NCBI RefSeq assembly: GCF_964204645.1
Contig: NC_134025.1
Location: forward strand, 8,990,001 to 9,054,000
Direction: 5' to 3'
DNA from: Tubulanus polymorphus
Taxonomy: Eukaryota; Animalia; Nemertea
DNA: 64,000 nt
Below the pieces are notes generated by a model, which was not told the origin of the DNA, searched no databases, and saw only the letters and a program-made list of their open reading frames with translations. The first letter of the stretch is position 1. Each line of letters begins with the position of its first letter. The position numbers and the translations under genes are program-made. Positions 1-29,000 of the stretch are shown piece after piece.

Positions 1-29
1 ATGAATCTAGAAAGAGATAAAAAGCAAAC

Positions 30-1630
<1,601 letters not shown>

Positions 1631-2046
1631 CGTGTTCTTAGCTCTTGTTCTACTTGGCTGTATAACGCTAGATGTCAATTCTGATCGCGCTCTCGCGATG
1701 TGCCAACTTGAAATGGAAAGAGCAGTATTTATATAAGCAGATTTTAGTTAAGGCCGGGGCAAAGATTGTCAAAAATACTTCCGGGTTTATACTGCCATCT
1801 ATGAAGTCGAACGATAAATAAACGCATATTTACGGGATTCGAACCTGTTGGGAATCAACTGACGCCGAGGACTGCCGTTCAGCAACGACTAGCCCGCCCT
1901 GTTTAAATTTTCGATGACGACTTTTTGTGGAATTATTCCTAAAATTCCGTTACTATTTGATCGATGAATTGGTGTAAGATAATACATACGTAACGCCAAT
2001 ATCCCTGTAGTCTTTATACACGTAAACAACACAGGAATAGATTATT
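1631..2046. promoter_or_regulatory. Short divergent promoter region shared by catalase and kinesin-14
   Basis: About 416 bp between head-to-head start codons; TATA-like CTTATATAAATA on - strand (~1726-1737); ETS-like CTTCCGG (~1778); B-box-like motif 1833-1850. Confidence 0.6.
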
Positions 2047-5000
2047 ATGGTAGGTTTTATGGATGGTTTAAAAATGGTAATAAAGTTCACTTTTTCGCGT
2101 TTTTGACTTGTGGTGTAGAGAAAATTATGAAGAAGATTCTGTGTCTTCTTCATTTTTCTCACATTTATTGAATCGAATGAATGAAGAAGTGAATGACGGT
2201 CTTGATGAATGATTCAATGTTTGCGAGTAATTTGTTGATTCATTTTTAGGAGCCGAATACGAATCGGAGTAAATTACCCATGTTGAGATCGGCCGTTAAA
2301 TCAAGGTTACCCGCACCAACGTCAACATCGAAATCCATTCCACCCCCATTACCAACACTAACATCGAGAACAAAGAGATCAAGAAGCCCTGTTAATGCTG
2401 TAAGTATCTAATCCCCCCCGGTTAGTTAATTCTATCATGGATTTTAGACCTAATAAGTAGATTTAGGCCTAGGCTAATAAGACTAAATTTTATTTCAGAC
2501 TGAGCCAGGTATAAAGAGACAACGTCTAGATGCTGCTGATCACTCAAAGCCTACAGGTCCAAGACTTTTACGCAAAGGTAAGCAAAAAATTCATCTTTTC
2601 TAGCTTTTGGACATAATTGACATCATTTGATATTTTGATGATATTTCAAAATGATAAATTGATATTTTGTACTTGAACATATGGTTTTATGCTATTCACT
2701 TCTTTAGCTAATTCAGTTGGTGCTCTGCATCCTCCAAGAACTGGCACAAATGTCATCAAAAAAGACCTGACTAGTAGGAGACCGACTGCACCTACTACAA
2801 ATCGTAAACCACCCGTAAACACAGCTACATCTCAGCAACGTGCACCATTATCACGACTGAATCCACCGACCAAAAAACCTACCACCGCGTCAGCAAATTC
2901 AGCAGCAGCAGCAGCAGCTGCCCCAGCTGCTGGCAAGAAACGTCCAGCTTGGGATATGAAAGGAAGACTAAGCGATGCTCAGGAACAACTCGAAAAGAAG
3001 AAAGCCCTTCTGTCAAAGCAACAAAATGAGTTCGAACAAGCGACATCTAAACTGAAAAACCTGGAAGATAGTATTAGGTGGGTGATTTATCTATACACTT
3101 CATCATTTTCTAATTAAAAAACCTCTTGCCCCTCATTTATGTTATTTATGACAGCCAAAAAGACCAACAGATTCAGCGACTTCAGACAGAGAAAATCACT
3201 ATGCAAACTGAAGCGAATGATTTGAAGAAACAAATCGATGAAACAAATGTTAAATTTGTGCGAATAGAGCAAGAAAAGGAGGAACTCAAGACCACTTTGG
3301 ATAAAACACAGGTTTGTGAAATTCACGTCCTTCCGATTCGTGCTTAAATTATTAATTGCACAGAGATAACGAATTAACATTAACCAAGTCCATCACAGGT
3401 TTAAAACCGAATTACTTTAGATAAGTTTAATGATATTTAACTTACTACTGTACAATTGACGGATAAATCGGAAGCCTGCATGACCCATCCTTTGGGGGCT
3501 AATCGTGAAATCAGTCATCTGTTGCAAAGGCTATACGGATGAGGTTCACATGACCTCAGGCATTGATTTTAGTCTCTGATATGGTGTCGCTTCGGTGTTG
3601 CCTTATTCTTCAGTCAGAGAAAACTTCAATCGAAGATGAAGCCAGGCAACTTCAACAGCAACTGAAGACAGCTACGGACGATCTTGTCAAAGTAGAGCGG
3701 GAGTTAAAAGGTCAACTGGAAGAACTAAACAATAACTGTACCCAAATTAAACTGGAAAAACAACAAGTTTCAGAACTCTTTGAATCGACTCGGGTATGTG
3801 GCATGATGCATGTTGGGGACCTTTTAAAGTATACTGCACTGGATTCAGCGAAACCAAATTCATCTGTGTTTATTGTCAGGTTGAATTGTTAAAAAAGTCG
3901 GAGGAAGCAGATAGATTGAATTTACAGTTACACTCTCTACAGACACGCTTCACAGAATTACAAACTAACCATTCTCAAACAACACAAGATAAATTACAGT
4001 TGACCACAAATTTGACTGATACACAGGTTCGTTGAAATTCATGGCACAAGTCTCGCTTGATCAAATGTCTTCTCGGGATCATATCAATTGGGAAAAATGA
4101 TTCACCAAAATGCTGGGAGTTCTCTTCAATCAATTCAAACTATTGTATCTGATCATTTCAAGAGCCGGTAGCTACAAAATAATGAATGTTCAAACGTACA
4201 ACTTTTTCATCAGGACAAGTTGGAAATACAGTGCAGGGAATCCGAGTGTTTGAATACACAGTTATCTTCATTACAAAACAGATTCACAGACTTACAAACA
4301 AACTTCAATCAGACAACACAAGATAATGCCCAGCTTACATTCAACTTGAATATTTCACAGGTTTGTCCATTTAAGCGCTTGGTCATGAAGCAGGAAATCA
4401 TATCATGTTTAAGTTCAGAGCAATAGGTCAAATAATCTGTGTAGTGTGTGTCGGCGCTCTGAAAAGACATTAAACATGTCTTCAGTACAATATGTATGCA
4501 GCTGTTTTTAGATGCACATCCCTTACAGTACATAAACATATCGTTTTAGAAAAATCTTGAAGACATGACTTCATCAGACAAACAGAAAGCTGAAACAATT
4601 GAAAAACAGAAGATTCAGATATTGGAACATGAAACCAATCGCCGAAAACTCCATAATACAATTCAAGAACTAAGGGTTAGTACATTCGTATTTTATTCGA
4701 GCAGATATTTTTCTACTTTCAATGCATCATACAACCTGACATAAATATTTTATCTTTTACTCAATATTCAGGGAAATATACGAGTATTTTGTCGTGTACG
4801 ACCTCTGATTGGTGAAGAATTGAAGATCACAGATGGTGTTATAAGCCACATGAACTTTCCAGATCAAGAGGATAACAAAGTTCTTGAAATGGAACGTCTA
4901 GATGCTAAAGATCTAAATGAAGTAAGTTCTCATCAGTGGCGAATTCATTTCAAATCATTTAGATTCGTATGATATATAAAATATCAGTCATATCACAGTA

Positions 5001-7494
5001 CCTGTGAAATGATGTTGTCTTCTATTTGGCCATACCCACACACATACAGTGTATCATGAATTGAGAATTTCATAGTAACTCCCATTTTCCAGACAACAAT
5101 GAGTTCGAAGAAAAAACACGAATTTACGTTTGATCGTGTTTTTAATCCTGAATCCAAACAAGAAGATGCTTTCTTAGAAATTTCACAGCTTGTCCAGGTA
5201 GGTTCTATATATGTGTGTGCATAACTGAATATTGTGGGGCAAATAAAAATTGGAAACATCAGAGTTTCATTTATATTTCAGAGTGCTTTGGACGGTTATA
5301 ATGTATGTATATTTGCATACGGACAGACAGGATCCGGTAAAACATATACGATGGAAGGGGGTCCAGACGCATTACATAATGCCGATTCTCGAGGTATGAT
5401 ACCCAGAGCTGTCGAACAAGTTTTTGATGCCTCAATAGCCATGAAGGAAAATGGATGGCAGGTAAAGTAAAATGATAATCTTCATCCTAATGATGGCTTG
5501 AATTATTGAAAACGTTCCAAATATTGCATACCGGTATTCTGTTGTTTCTCTGTTTGCAGTTCACATTCGAAGTTTCATTTCTGGAGATTTACAACGAAAC
5601 CATCAGAGATTTGTTGGGCAATGACGGAATCAATAGTCAAACTAAACACGAAATCAAAATCGCCGGCAACAACAGTCACGATGTGATGGTTACAAATCTG
5701 ACAACGATCAGTGTTGAATCCGCTGATCAAGTGAGTATCATCATCATATTTATCACGGTTCTTCCCACAGTATCGGAAAAAACTTGGGATTGCTCAGTTT
5801 GATAATATGTGGGAATTAAAGATTTTCCCACAATCTGGGAAATTCATTTTAGACTCACATAGCATTACTGTTTGATGTTTACTTGCGTGCCCAAATGTAA
5901 CTTTCTTCATTAATCTTTCTTGAAAATTACCTTTATCAATCAGTTACCTCTAAATTTTTTGGTTTACCTATGTTATGGCTGTTGGTTGGCAGTCTGCCGA
6001 GAGTATGTTAAATCGCGGCACAAAATTTAGTGGTAATACTTACGGGGTTGTCTTTTATCGTGAAGCAAGTAGAATTGATGCGTGGAGGTCAGGCTGGTAA
6101 GCTTCGAACGGAAGATGCAATATTTAACGAGAAAAACATCCAAAATTCTTCGCTTTCTATAAGTTACTTGTGTTGACCTATATTTGAGTTTCCGACGTGA
6201 ATACGGGAAATTCTTGGAATTTCCAGGAATTTCGGCACCTCTGACGTAATTTTGGGAGTCACAAAATGGTGAGCAATTCATTTGACATATTGCCACATTC
6301 ATCAGGAATAAAATGAGCTATCAGGCCAAAGATTTTGGAACTGTTTAATTGGCTTCCTGGATTTTTATGCTAAATACAAAGCAACACACAGGCAATATCA
6401 AATTGTGGGTCATGCTTCCTAGTGCTCTTATGGTTTTCTGGACATATTTAAACCAAAACTAACAGCCACGCAAGTGAAAATCAAAATGAATACATGTATA
6501 GTTGTACGTTCTTCTAGAAAGGAGAAAGGTAAACCACTTTGCCTGTGGCAAATTATTTACATCCCTGAAGTATGTTGATGTTGAAGGCCCCACATATTGA
6601 AAATTGTTATTAAATCAGCTCATGAAATATTTAGGAAAATTAAGGAATTTTGAATTCATGTGTCTGTAACTGGAAACAATGTTGTGATAGTAAATCATTA
6701 AATCTCTTGTCCAAATATATTGTACAATGTACATCCAATTCACCTGTATTTGGTTCAATTGATTTTAGGTTTTGTCATTATTGTTGAAAGCAAGTCGTAA
6801 TCGAGCAGTAGCTGAGACAAAATGTAATGCACGTTCGTCTCGAAGTCACAGTGTCTTCATTTTCAAACTGTCATGTAAAAATTCCATCACACATCAATCA
6901 TATGAAGGTATATTTTAAATTCATCCAGAATAACAATACCTCTGAAATCCGTCAGATCTTAAGCGATTGAATTTCGTTGTCTTTTGAAAAAAAAATTTTG
7001 TAGGAGTTTTAAATCTAGTGGATTTGGCTGGTAGCGAACGTTTAAAAGAATCCGGATCGGAGGGAGATCGTTTGAAGGAGACCCAGGCGATCAACAAAAG
7101 CCTCAGTAATCTTGGAAACGTGATAATGGCACTAGGCAACAAGGTAAAACACTGAATTTTTGGAAACAATTCCTTTAAAAATGTCTGATGCTATGATATT
7201 TATTATGAATCCATCTCGAGGACACAGGTTAGTAATGTATGGCATTATTTTCATGAAGTTAAATTGTAATCAATGTTCTTATTGCAGGACCCGCATATAC
7301 CATACAGAAACAGCAAATTGACCTATTTGTTAAAGAATTCACTTGGAGGAAACAGTAAAACGTTGATGTTCATAAACGTCTCACCAAAAGTTGATAGCTA
7401 CAATGAAACATTGAATTCGTTGAGATTTGCTACCAAGGTGAACCAGTGTCATATTGGCGTAGCACAGAAGAAGTCATTAAAAAAGCCAATGTAA
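2047..7494 (+). CDS. KIFC1: Kinesin-14 (C-terminal motor; KIFC1/Ncd/XCTK2-like), multi-exon
   Basis: Basic Pro/Ser-rich tail with KRPAWD motif, coiled-coil stalk, neck [14 protein letters not shown] (~4667-4805), P-loop [11 protein letters not shown] (5311-5345), switch I SSRSH (~6835), switch II DLAGSE (7021), [10 protein letters not shown], stop at 7494. Start codon (ATG 2047-2049 spliced to exon at 2250) is tentative. Confidence 0.9.
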
Positions 7495-8139
7495 AATTTT
7501 TTGTTGATATGAATGATACCATGCTTCTCTCTCAGAAATGTGTGTATAGGTATTTGTACATGTAGTAGGTAGTAGAGTAAGAACTGTAAAAATATTTATG
7601 TAAAAATATTCTTTTTTAACAATTTTTGTAACTATATTCTTAATTGAATTTTAAGTATATGTTTTTAAACTTCAATACCAGTTTAACCATATTAGGTATA
7701 ACCCGTATATCATTTACGTAGTCACTGATTGAACTGAGTGATGTTCTCGTAAGAAAAGTATGTACCAGACCTGGCAGTGAAATAATTTCGGAATAAATTG
7801 CTTTGCAAACAATGATTTAAATTGGTTTCACATTTTTTCACGGATCGGGATGGAAGTGATCGTATGCATTTCAGTCGTTGGTTAATAATGCTCTGGCGAC
7901 TAATCTTTACGTAATGAGGATGTTAAGGGCCAAATTGACCCGTTGATCTCGAGATAATAACTGGTTCTGACATGTGTGCGTACAGCGGCGCGTTTAAATA
8001 GCGGGTTCGAACCCGTTGTATAAATCATTACATCCGCAGTCAACATTCTAATGGGCCTTGACAACGATTGTAAACAAATATGGCGACTGATTTGGTCTGC
8101 TAAGTTTAATCGGTGTAAAACAGATGAAAAGATTCCAAA

Positions 8140-21702
<13,563 letters not shown>

Positions 21703-23060
21703 AAGAAATCTACGTACATTCATCCATCGTTGATTTTAGCCTCGCCACTGTTATGATAATAATGAAAAATTGTGATAATTACGATATCGTTAAGTGGTAT
21801 TTATGTTTTCTGTCTGATTTTTATTCATGAATAAATTGTTCAATTTGATAGTAATATATATGATACTTTCTGTGTTGGTGTTGTTCACTTCCAAGTTTAT
21901 TTTCTGAGGAGAGGATTCAACCACATGTATCGGTCTTCCACGTGTGCTGTGATTCGAATCTAAGCCGTAACGAGTGATGTAAGAAAGTTGTACCGGTATC
22001 CATAGAAGACATGGTTTAAATTTCTCTCATGAATTTACTATTTGATTCGAGCTAATTCAAACCAGTTAACACTTTTAACGAATATAACTTGAATACGAAA
22101 CCAAGATAAAAATAAGATGGATCAGTTACTCGACTGAAAAATTATCGGGGTGACATTCCTAAGATATCACAGGATTCCATTCCCTCGTCGTGGCAGCCTT
22201 ATGTTTGAGAGGTTCGCCATCCATATGAAACATACCACGTTCGTCTAAACATTGATTTCCTCAATAATGCAACAATGCAATCCATCAACGATGTTAGCGT
22301 CTATCTTGAACGAATAATAGTTTTTGAGTAAGGAGTAAATACAGATTTCCATTCAAAATAAGATATACAAGGGTTTTTTGTTTGTTAATTTTGCTCATAT
22401 GTTTTATACGAACATACATTTGATGCATAACAGCTACAAAATTGGGTGATGGGTAAAAGATTCGGTGAAATGAGCTGAGGAACTATGCAAGTCAATTTCG
22501 ATTTGCAGAGCAGAAGAACGAATGTTGGAATAAGCTCCATCTTGTGAGCTCATCAGATTCATTTGAACATGGCTTTTTTACGTCAGAAAATCATCCTTGA
22601 TCGCACTTGATTGGGCACCGGTTCACATTGCTTCCATTTGCTCGAAGCTAATTGAGAAACAGTTCTCGCGAATAGCCATCTGTGCATCGAAGATGGATAA
22701 GTTCATAGTTTTGAAAACCAATCCGCAAGAATATTACCATTCAATGAACTCTTGGAGCTTTTGTTCATTCTGTTAATGTAGGAAATTGCGTATATCGAGA
22801 CCATCTTCAGTTTTTTATGAATACTTCATTTTATTCCAAAAAATCTTAGTTGGAATACACATACATGTTTCTATTTGTGTTATGGCATCGAGAAAAGGGG
22901 CAACTCGAAACCAATCAAGTGGATCTTAGAGTTATACTTCCAGAGGAGATCGTATCGATTATCATACCGCCAATGACGGTGACATTCGTGAAGGTAATAT
23001 ATAAGTAACCGCACTCTCTTCTTTCAATCAGTGCCTGACTCTAAAGGTCTTTGCGAAACA

Positions 23061-26000
23061 ATGGTTTCCTCAAACAAATCTATAACTTTTGGATTGGTTC
23101 TTTGCTCCCTCCTGTCGATTCCTACGGTTAATTCTCGGGAATTTCGCGTCGGATTTATGACCCGAGAAGACGATATTTCGTTTATATTTTCCTATCAAGC
23201 AAGCGCTGCTGCAATGGGGATAGCATTGGATAAACTCAGGTCAAGTGGTTATCTTCTTGAGCACAACTTCACGTAAGTCACAGCAGTTTCAGCGTTTAAT
23301 ATAGGGCTTCGTCGAAAATCATCCCGATCGTGATATGATCATGGTTGGAACCCACACGTGAATCATTACAGTTGCGCCAGTTTGAAAATGTCAGTTTTTA
23401 TACGTCATAAGCATTGACAATTAGAAACCTTTTCGAATTTTCTTCAACATTATCAGTATTACAACATCTCTACAATAAATAAAACGAATTGTGGTTATGG
23501 CTATGGCGGTCTAATTTGGAAATGCTGAATCTGGCACAAATTGGGCAATGAATAAACTGCGGTGCCACTTGATTGAATTATTAAGAGTTTAGAGTTTTAA
23601 AGTGACGGTCCAGTGAACATAAAAGTTTATTGGACTGCATGTTTCTGCTTTTTTCTAAGGAAAATCTGTTTCTTTATATTTTTTCAAAATCATTACGAGA
23701 ATCAATGCAAACTGGATAAGTGACACCATACTACAGCTCATTATTTCAGGTTTTTATTCGGAGATACGAAAAACCAACCGAAGTTATCAACTGGCGAAGC
23801 CGTAGACTTGATCGTTAACAAAAAAGTCGATGTTATCATTGGTCCTCCTAACTCTCCCAGTAAGTGAGGCTTTGGAAAATGTTGAATAATTTGGCTTAAA
23901 ATAAATTCTTAACGCCACACTATAAAAGATATAACGAGTCCCCGCACTTGGTAAATATGCCAAGACTCCGAGTTTTTAATCTGGTCTGAGACAGTTCCCC
24001 GATAGGCAATGCAAACTACGCAACACCGCAGAAATTCTTCGTGTAAGCCTTATTCATTTGCCTTCTTTTTATCGATAGTTTAATTACTGTAATGTACATA
24101 AATCGTTGATACGAATCTTGTGGGCAAAAGTAAAATTGTAGTATCAAACGGGTTCCGTATTATCTATAGTTTGATTGATATAAATGTCTAGCTGCTACAT
24201 GCTGGAAATCATCATAATCATGTTTCGTCTTGAAAGTTGTACCTCATCCAAACAGGCATTGTTCATGAGTAGGCTAATGTAAAATTTGCAAAATTGAATT
24301 ACCCGGCCGGTACTCTTTGGGACTTTTCATTCGCTCCAGACACGAAACCTGTGGCTTATTTGACATCGTTCTACAACGTACCACACCTGAGCTGGGTTTC
24401 CACCGGCTCGTATTTGAGCGATAAGACTGAATTCGACACGCTGATACGTGTACTGGGAACGTACACGAAATTTGCAGATGCTTTGATCCAACTGTTGTGG
24501 CATTTTGGTTGGGGCCGAGTAGCGCTCATATTAAGAGACTCCGGTAAGTTCTTTTTCAATACCTATACACTGAATACATGTAACCACCTTTCCACTTCAG
24601 ATGAGTTTATACATTTTGTTGTTGTACAGGAACTTGTAGTTACGCGTATCTGGGGATCAAAGATAAATTTCCCAAAACGAATATCACTATTTCGGAAACG
24701 ATTACGTACCAAACAAATGAAATTAATGACGAAGAATGGCTGATCGATCGATTAAAGAGAGTAAACAAACGAGCGCGAGGTAAATTGAGTTTATTTGATA
24801 AAACTGCACTTATTAATATCAATTGAAATGGAATTTTCAGTGAACGATATTTCCTGTGATATCCGCTCTTATGTATACCGCACATTCAGCACTCGCAGGC
24901 CATAGGTATATGGTATATTTTGGCCGCCTATTATTTTTATCCACATTGCAGATAGCTCTGAATCCGTCGTGGGTCCAGTTTTACAAAAAGGTTAAATGTC
25001 AAATTGATTCATTTCGTCGTTAATTCAGTATAACCTAATTCGATATACGAGTTAAACTTGTTTGTGAAACTGGGCCCTGGTAATAATCATTATTAAACGC
25101 AGAACGTTCTTCAAAAGTTTCAATGTTGAATGGTTTATGGTAACGATTAAAGTACCATTAAAGTTTAAAGATTTAAGTTATTTCTGAAAAACATAACTGC
25201 CGACATGGCCAATGGCATGTATAGGCTTTCTTGTTTTGTGTCACCAACGGTGCATATCCAATTCTAGTTTTTATATGTATATATGTATGAAATTACAGTT
25301 TTCATCGTGTGCGGTACAAATGTACAAATTAGGAAGCTGATGCTGAAAGCTTGGGATCTAGGCATGTCATCACCCGAGTACGTTTACATAGGGCTTGGAG
25401 CGCATTATGAACGTATCGGAATTCGACATTGGTTTGTCGAAAACGACACGAGAAATGACGAAGCAAAAGATGCATTTAAATCGCTTCTTATGGTGAGGAT
25501 TCGTGGCTCCTTATGTCAGATTTCTGCTGAGTGCGCATAGATTCAATTTTCATTGTCCTTTTATAATCCGATTTAATCATTCATTCGACTGTATATGCAA
25601 ATAGTATCGATATATTCCTGGATCGTCATGGATATTTATACTGAATATCATATATATTTATACTTCTTCCACTCTCAATAAGATGTCCTGGTCTTCGGCA
25701 AATGATGGCCAATCTGAAATTGAACTGCGAAAGAAGATGCCGACGAAAATGCTCGAAGCCCCCTGGAATTCCAGTTTTCTGATGGATCATGAACTAATTG
25801 TAAGTACTCATTGCTAAAAGATGACTGGCTTAATTAACAGTACAGTCAAACAAACAAGCTCAAGTCGGCGTAGTTGGGAAGATCACCAGAAAATAGATAA
25901 CGACTTACAATTAGTAACTTGAATTGGAAATACAAATTGGAACTCAAAAATACAGTGACGACTCAAGCAATATCTGATGACGAATTTGAGCGGGTTCATG

Positions 26001-29000
26001 GCTATTCCTAGATCCAATTCCATATTTGGAAATTTTTACGCTGATTTTAGTAATTTCCAACTGGATGCATGGAGCATTTACGCGAATTCGACAACTTAGC
26101 GCTGGCGGTTGTTCTCTTGTTTGCCTTTTTATTACTCTCCTAATCGAATTTTCCAGGGTGGAGTTTACAGTCCATTTCTCCACGATACATTCTATCTGTA
26201 TGGTAGACTATTACACGAAACGCTGTTGGAAAAAGGCAATCCAAATAACGGGAGAGCAATGTTCAACCGCAGCAAAAACTACATATTCAAGGGTAAATCA
26301 CGCACTCTTATTTTTCATCGGCATGTTTACATAAATTGAATTAGATCTTAGATCCCGAATCTATCGGCTTAAACATTTTGCACAGATTTTGAAAGGTCAT
26401 TAATTTTTTTTCGTTGGATTTTAGATTGACATTTTCCAAGTAGATACCGGTTTGAATCGCATTATAAGCCTGTTTTTTTCTGGAGCTGCTTATGCTACCT
26501 CAAAACATTCCCACTAAATATCAGAAAATATCATCAATGAAGTTATTCTTTAAGGCAACGTGCATTTTGTCAATTTTCATTGCGAGTTTTTTTTTGAAGC
26601 AAACAGAAAAGCCGTTTTCTATCGTTTATGTTTCTGCTTTTTGAGTATACATCTTTAGTTATCATTCATGCTGAAACGATGCAATTTTCCACACCCACAT
26701 TATACATCGTCGGGTGGAAACCACTGGCAAAAACAAAGCATCGAACAGAAAAGTAATGCAATAGTTCTTTATTTGCTATCGTTCCTTCTATCACACATCG
26801 ATATCAATCACAGAGGCGCAACTAGTAATTACCGACAACTCAGTAAGATCTTTTGATACAACTTCTACGACTTCCGTTCAGATTGTGGCGTACTATTCAG
26901 TGTTCCGCACATCATCAATCGATTTTATATTTCACTTTTTCCTAATTATCAAGTTATCCTATCGTATCTTTCCAGAAAGTTTTTCAATACTATATATGAT
27001 AACATGCCCATTAATGATTTCCGCGCACTGTGACGTATTGATGTAGATAGAAATTATTTTTCTCCCATTCAAATGTTTCATCGCTCGATGTCAGGTGTGA
27101 CAGGTGACGTTGCTATTGATGAATACGCCGACAGAGAACCAAACTATTGGTTTTGGGGGTATAGAAACCCAAGCGGTGAGAGAGATATTGTGTTGGAAGC
27201 TGTGATGACGGCTAGAAATCAAGTATGTCTGTCAGGGAATATAGTTTTTTGAAAATTATATTCATGACCTTATTCACAAAAGGAAATAAGAAAGAAATAA
27301 AGCATATTGTTCTATATAAACTGCGCAACTAAACGATATATTCTACGATGCATTTAAATTCAAAACATCATCGCATAACGGAACCATAACGTATAATAAG
27401 CATAACGGAATGCGTGGTAAAAAACAAGCTCTCAAAAAAATCTCGTATGTCATTGTTTACTATATGCATATATAGACGGTCAGACTGCTATTCCTTTGCA
27501 GACAATCGTTGAAATGGCGGGGTTACGTTGGGATACACCTGATGGACAACATCCATTGGACACACCCCCCTGTGGGTTTTATGAGGAACTTTGTCCACCC
27601 GATAACACTAGTAAGTTAGCAGTGGCCGACGTCAGCGTAATGATGGATACCCTATAAGGAAATCATTTTGATGCTCGAGCCCTTCACATAAATTAATGTG
27701 CCCCATTTGTGAACAATTCTTCAACCATACATATGAGTCCATTATCTAATCAATAAGTCTGTACTTATCCATCCAATGAACGATTGATAAACCGATCTTT
27801 CAGCTCGAAACGCCCTAATTGGGTTCGGCACGTGTCTGGTGATAGGCTTGCTGATAGTCGCCGGCTTCATTCAAAACCTACGCAAGTAATTATTTAGTAT
27901 ATTTTAACAAGATAAAAAGTTATCCCTTTTAACAATTTTGTTTTGGAGATGTTAAAATGTACGGTTGTCTAGGAACTTTGATACTTCATTTTGAAAATAT
28001 GACCAGTGTAGATAGAAATTCTGTATTTGGTATTATTCTTCGTCTCCAGATCGATAACATCGGTAACATATGAACATTGGCAATAAAACCCATATAAGCT
28101 TATTTCACGCGCTCTCTATCTTTGAAGAAAGAAGCAATTGGAATCTGAAATCAACGCCATGCTTTGGAAAGTTGAATACGATGACATAAATATCGATACC
28201 CAAAGAAAAGCAGGCCTCGGAAGTCAGGTATTCGAAGAGAGATTTCCTATACGATCTTCTGGATCAAAACGAATTCAAAACAAAAGTTAAAAAATATAAG
28301 TGATACGATGAGATAGGCCTACTGACAGTTTGTGCAAGATTTTCTTTTCACTGGAAATTTATCTTGTTGCCATGAAAATCATGTTGTTATTCTATAGGCT
28401 AGTTTAGTTTCCGGGCGGATGCATTCATTTGAAGGTTCGATGTCGAATGATCATGTCCGATGCATGTTACCGAGTCAACGCTTTACAACTGTCGGACGCT
28501 ACCGCGGAACTGTTGTGGCTATAAAACCATTCCAATTGGACGCGATGATCCTCACTAAACAAGATCAAATCGAACTGAAAATGGTAACTCATCGAGGGGT
28601 GATTTCTCATTCAATCAATTAAGACATTATATATCTTCGATATTAGTAAAGTATAGTAAAGTAATTGAGAATCCAGTCCAGAATATATCTAAAATGGTAT
28701 GCCCAATATACGTAGTTTTTTTTCCATAAAATCTCATTGGCAATAAGATTGATACATGTCATAATGTTTCTCCAAAAATTATGCTTAGATGAGGGATACC
28801 AGCCACGAGAACATGAATACTTTTATTGGAGCTTGCGTACAACCAGAAAAACAATGTCTTCTCTATCAGTACTGCACTAAAGGCAGTTTACAGGTAGAGG
28901 TCTCATTATAAACTCGTGATGAAATTCTAGGTGCCCGCGTTATTTCGCGGTATTGACATTTTGAATAAACTGTTGTTTGAAGTTATACCTGTATTTACTA

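Noticed and set aside
1825-1900. Possible tRNA gene on - strand (GGTTCGAATCC T-loop)
   Set aside because: No acceptor, D or anticodon stems can be formed; treated as an isolated B-box-like motif
2901-2920. GCA/GCT triplet runs here and at ~15772-15800
   Set aside because: Ordinary short poly-Ala tracts in disordered coding regions
8069-8087. Forkhead (TGTAAACAAATA) and half X-box-like motifs upstream of SPAG17
   Set aside because: Fits FOXJ1/RFX control of a ciliary gene, but too short and common in AT-rich DNA to support
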